Shown piece by piece: positions 40,358 to 41,591 of a stretch of 41,591 nucleotides of DNA. Source of the DNA: a virus (lineage: Duplodnaviria; Caudoviricetes); IMG/VR virus record IMGVR_UViG_3300044852_000021, positions 1-41,591 of that record. One strand, 5' to 3'. The translations under genes and the position numbers were made by a program. The first letter of the stretch is position 1. Each line of letters starts with the position of its first letter. Under the pieces are notes generated by a model. The model saw only the letters and a list, made by a program, of their open reading frames with translations. It ran no database searches and was not told the DNA's origin.

Positions 40358-41591
40358 GTGAAGCCTCCTGGAGTCGCCTAGCTTGTGCTTGTGGGGTAAC
40401 GCCCATATCAAGGCATTTCGAGTAGCAACCCCAGAACTGCATTTCCGCGAGCCCTGTTGCGCCGTGCCGATTCTTGGCAACCAGCATTGCTAGGTCGTTG
40501 CGGTTGTCGCCCATGATTTCGCGGTGCAGCAGAATCACTACGTCGGCGTCTTGTTCGATGGCGCCGGATTCGCGCATGTCGCTTATCTGGGGCATTTTGT
40601 CTTCGCGCTGGGTGGATCCGCGGTTGAGCTGCGAGAGTGCGATGACGGGGATTTGCATGTCCATGGCAAGGATCTTCAACTGCCGGGACATGTCGGCGAC
40701 GAATTCGTGTCGGGGCCGCTTGTCTCCTGGCTGCTGAGACAGGAGCTGAAGATAGTCAACGACGATGCCGGCGAGTGGCTTGCGGCGGTTGACGCTGCGG
40801 GCGAACCTCTTGATGTCGGTGATTGTGGCGCCGGATCGGTCGTCAACGAATAGCGGCACGTCGGACCATGAGGCGCGGCGGTCACGGATCTTTGCCCAGT
40901 CGCCCGGGGTCAGGTTCCGTTCGATGAGCCGCCCGACGTCGAGGTTGAGGTCAGATGAGACGGCGCGGATTTGCACGTCATTGTTGCTCATTTCGAGCGA
41001 CGAGAACGCAACCGAACCGTGCGCCGCCAAACCCTGCGCGAGGTTCAGCGCGACAACACTTTTGCCCACGCTGGGACGGGCCGCGACGACGTACAGCGCC
41101 CCGGGCCGCAACCCGCCGATGACCTGGTTGAGCGCGTCCCATGGTGTCGGGCGGTGGTTGATTTCTTCGTCCAACGTCCCGAGCATGGCGTCGATGGTTT
41201 CGCCGAATGATTGGACGACTGACCCGGTTGCGCGTGAGGTCTGGTCAACCTCCCGCCGTGACGCCTCTACGAGTTCGTCAACGTCCCCGGCGCCGGTTGC
41301 TAGGTCCTGGATTTTGCGGCCCGCAGCGAGCAGCCTGCGCCTTGTGGCGGCGTTGGCTACTATCTCCGCGTAGTAGGCGCCCGCACTGGCTGACGGGACG
41401 GTGAGCGCCAACTGGTGCGTGTATGACGGCCCGCCAGCGTGTGCGATCTCCCCGGCCTTGGATAGCGTGTCGTTGATCGTGATCGCGTCCACCGGCTTAC
41501 CCGCGCCGTGAACCTCCAGGATCGTCCGGTAGATCGTTTCGTGCGCGGGCTGGTAGAAGTCGCCGCCGGTCAGGATGTCCGCGATGTCCGC
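40344..41591 (-). CDS. dnaB: DnaB-like replicative helicase, main part (starts at 202 across the join)
   Basis: AARPSVGKS, SLEMS, VVDYLQL, ALSQLNR, RESGAIEQDAD and KNRHG. Confidence 0.95.
   Translation of the reverse strand, partial: ADIADILTGGDFYQPAHETIYRTILEVHGAGKPVDAITINDTLSKAGEIAHAGGPSYTHQLALTVPSASAGAYYAEIVANAATRRRLLAAGRKIQDLATGAGDVDELVEASRREVDQTSRATGSVVQSFGETIDAMLGTLDEEINHRPTPWDALNQVIGGLRPGALYVVAARPSVGKSVVALNLAQGLAAHGSVAFSSLEMSNNDVQIRAVSSDLNLDVGRLIERNLTPGDWAKIRDRRASWSDVPLFVDDRSGATITDIKRFARSVNRRKPLAGIVVDYLQLLSQQPGDKRPRHEFVADMSRQLKILAMDMQIPVIALSQLNRGSTQREDKMPQISDMRESGAIEQDADVVILLHREIMGDNRNDLAMLVAKNRHGATGLAEMQFWGCYSKCLDMGVTPQAQARRLQEASHANN
41465..41591. repeat. Terminal direct repeat, copy 2
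   Basis: Identical to 1-127. Confidence 0.95.

Noticed and set aside
41465-41591. 127-bp terminal repeat as a biological DTR or att duplication
   Set aside because: It falls in the middle of dnaB and matches a typical assembler k-mer overlap; separate attP and cos candidates exist elsewhere

Overview
The window is a complete, circularly assembled temperate siphovirus genome of about 41,464 bp: bases 1-127 are repeated exactly at 41465-41591, and dnaB reads through the join. The GC-rich sequence, gene content and promoter motifs point to an actinobacterial host, probably Arthrobacter/Micrococcaceae (inference). Almost all genes lie on the - strand. From the lytic promoter at about 11.1 kb the order is cro, xis, many small early genes, RecE-like exonuclease, SSB, NrdH, replication initiator, DnaB, RusA and a late regulator. 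Next come an ~800-nt hairpin-dense non-coding stretch containing an atypical tRNA-Trp, a phosphoesterase, HNH, terminases, head, tail, the lysis cassette and an SGNH/FN3 protein. The + strand carries the repressor, a second HTH gene, a tyrosine integrase next to a tRNA-type attP, and three moron-like units. The most striking observation is a candidate DNA-damage induction switch: a 42-48 aa gene antisense to the repressor, driven by a PafBC-type promoter (TGTCAG-N10-TAGGGT) plus a LexA-box-like site. Its product resembles only the C-terminal helices of the phage's own Cro. The second is the long structured RNA-like late leader. All calls come from reading the sequence by eye; no searches were run.
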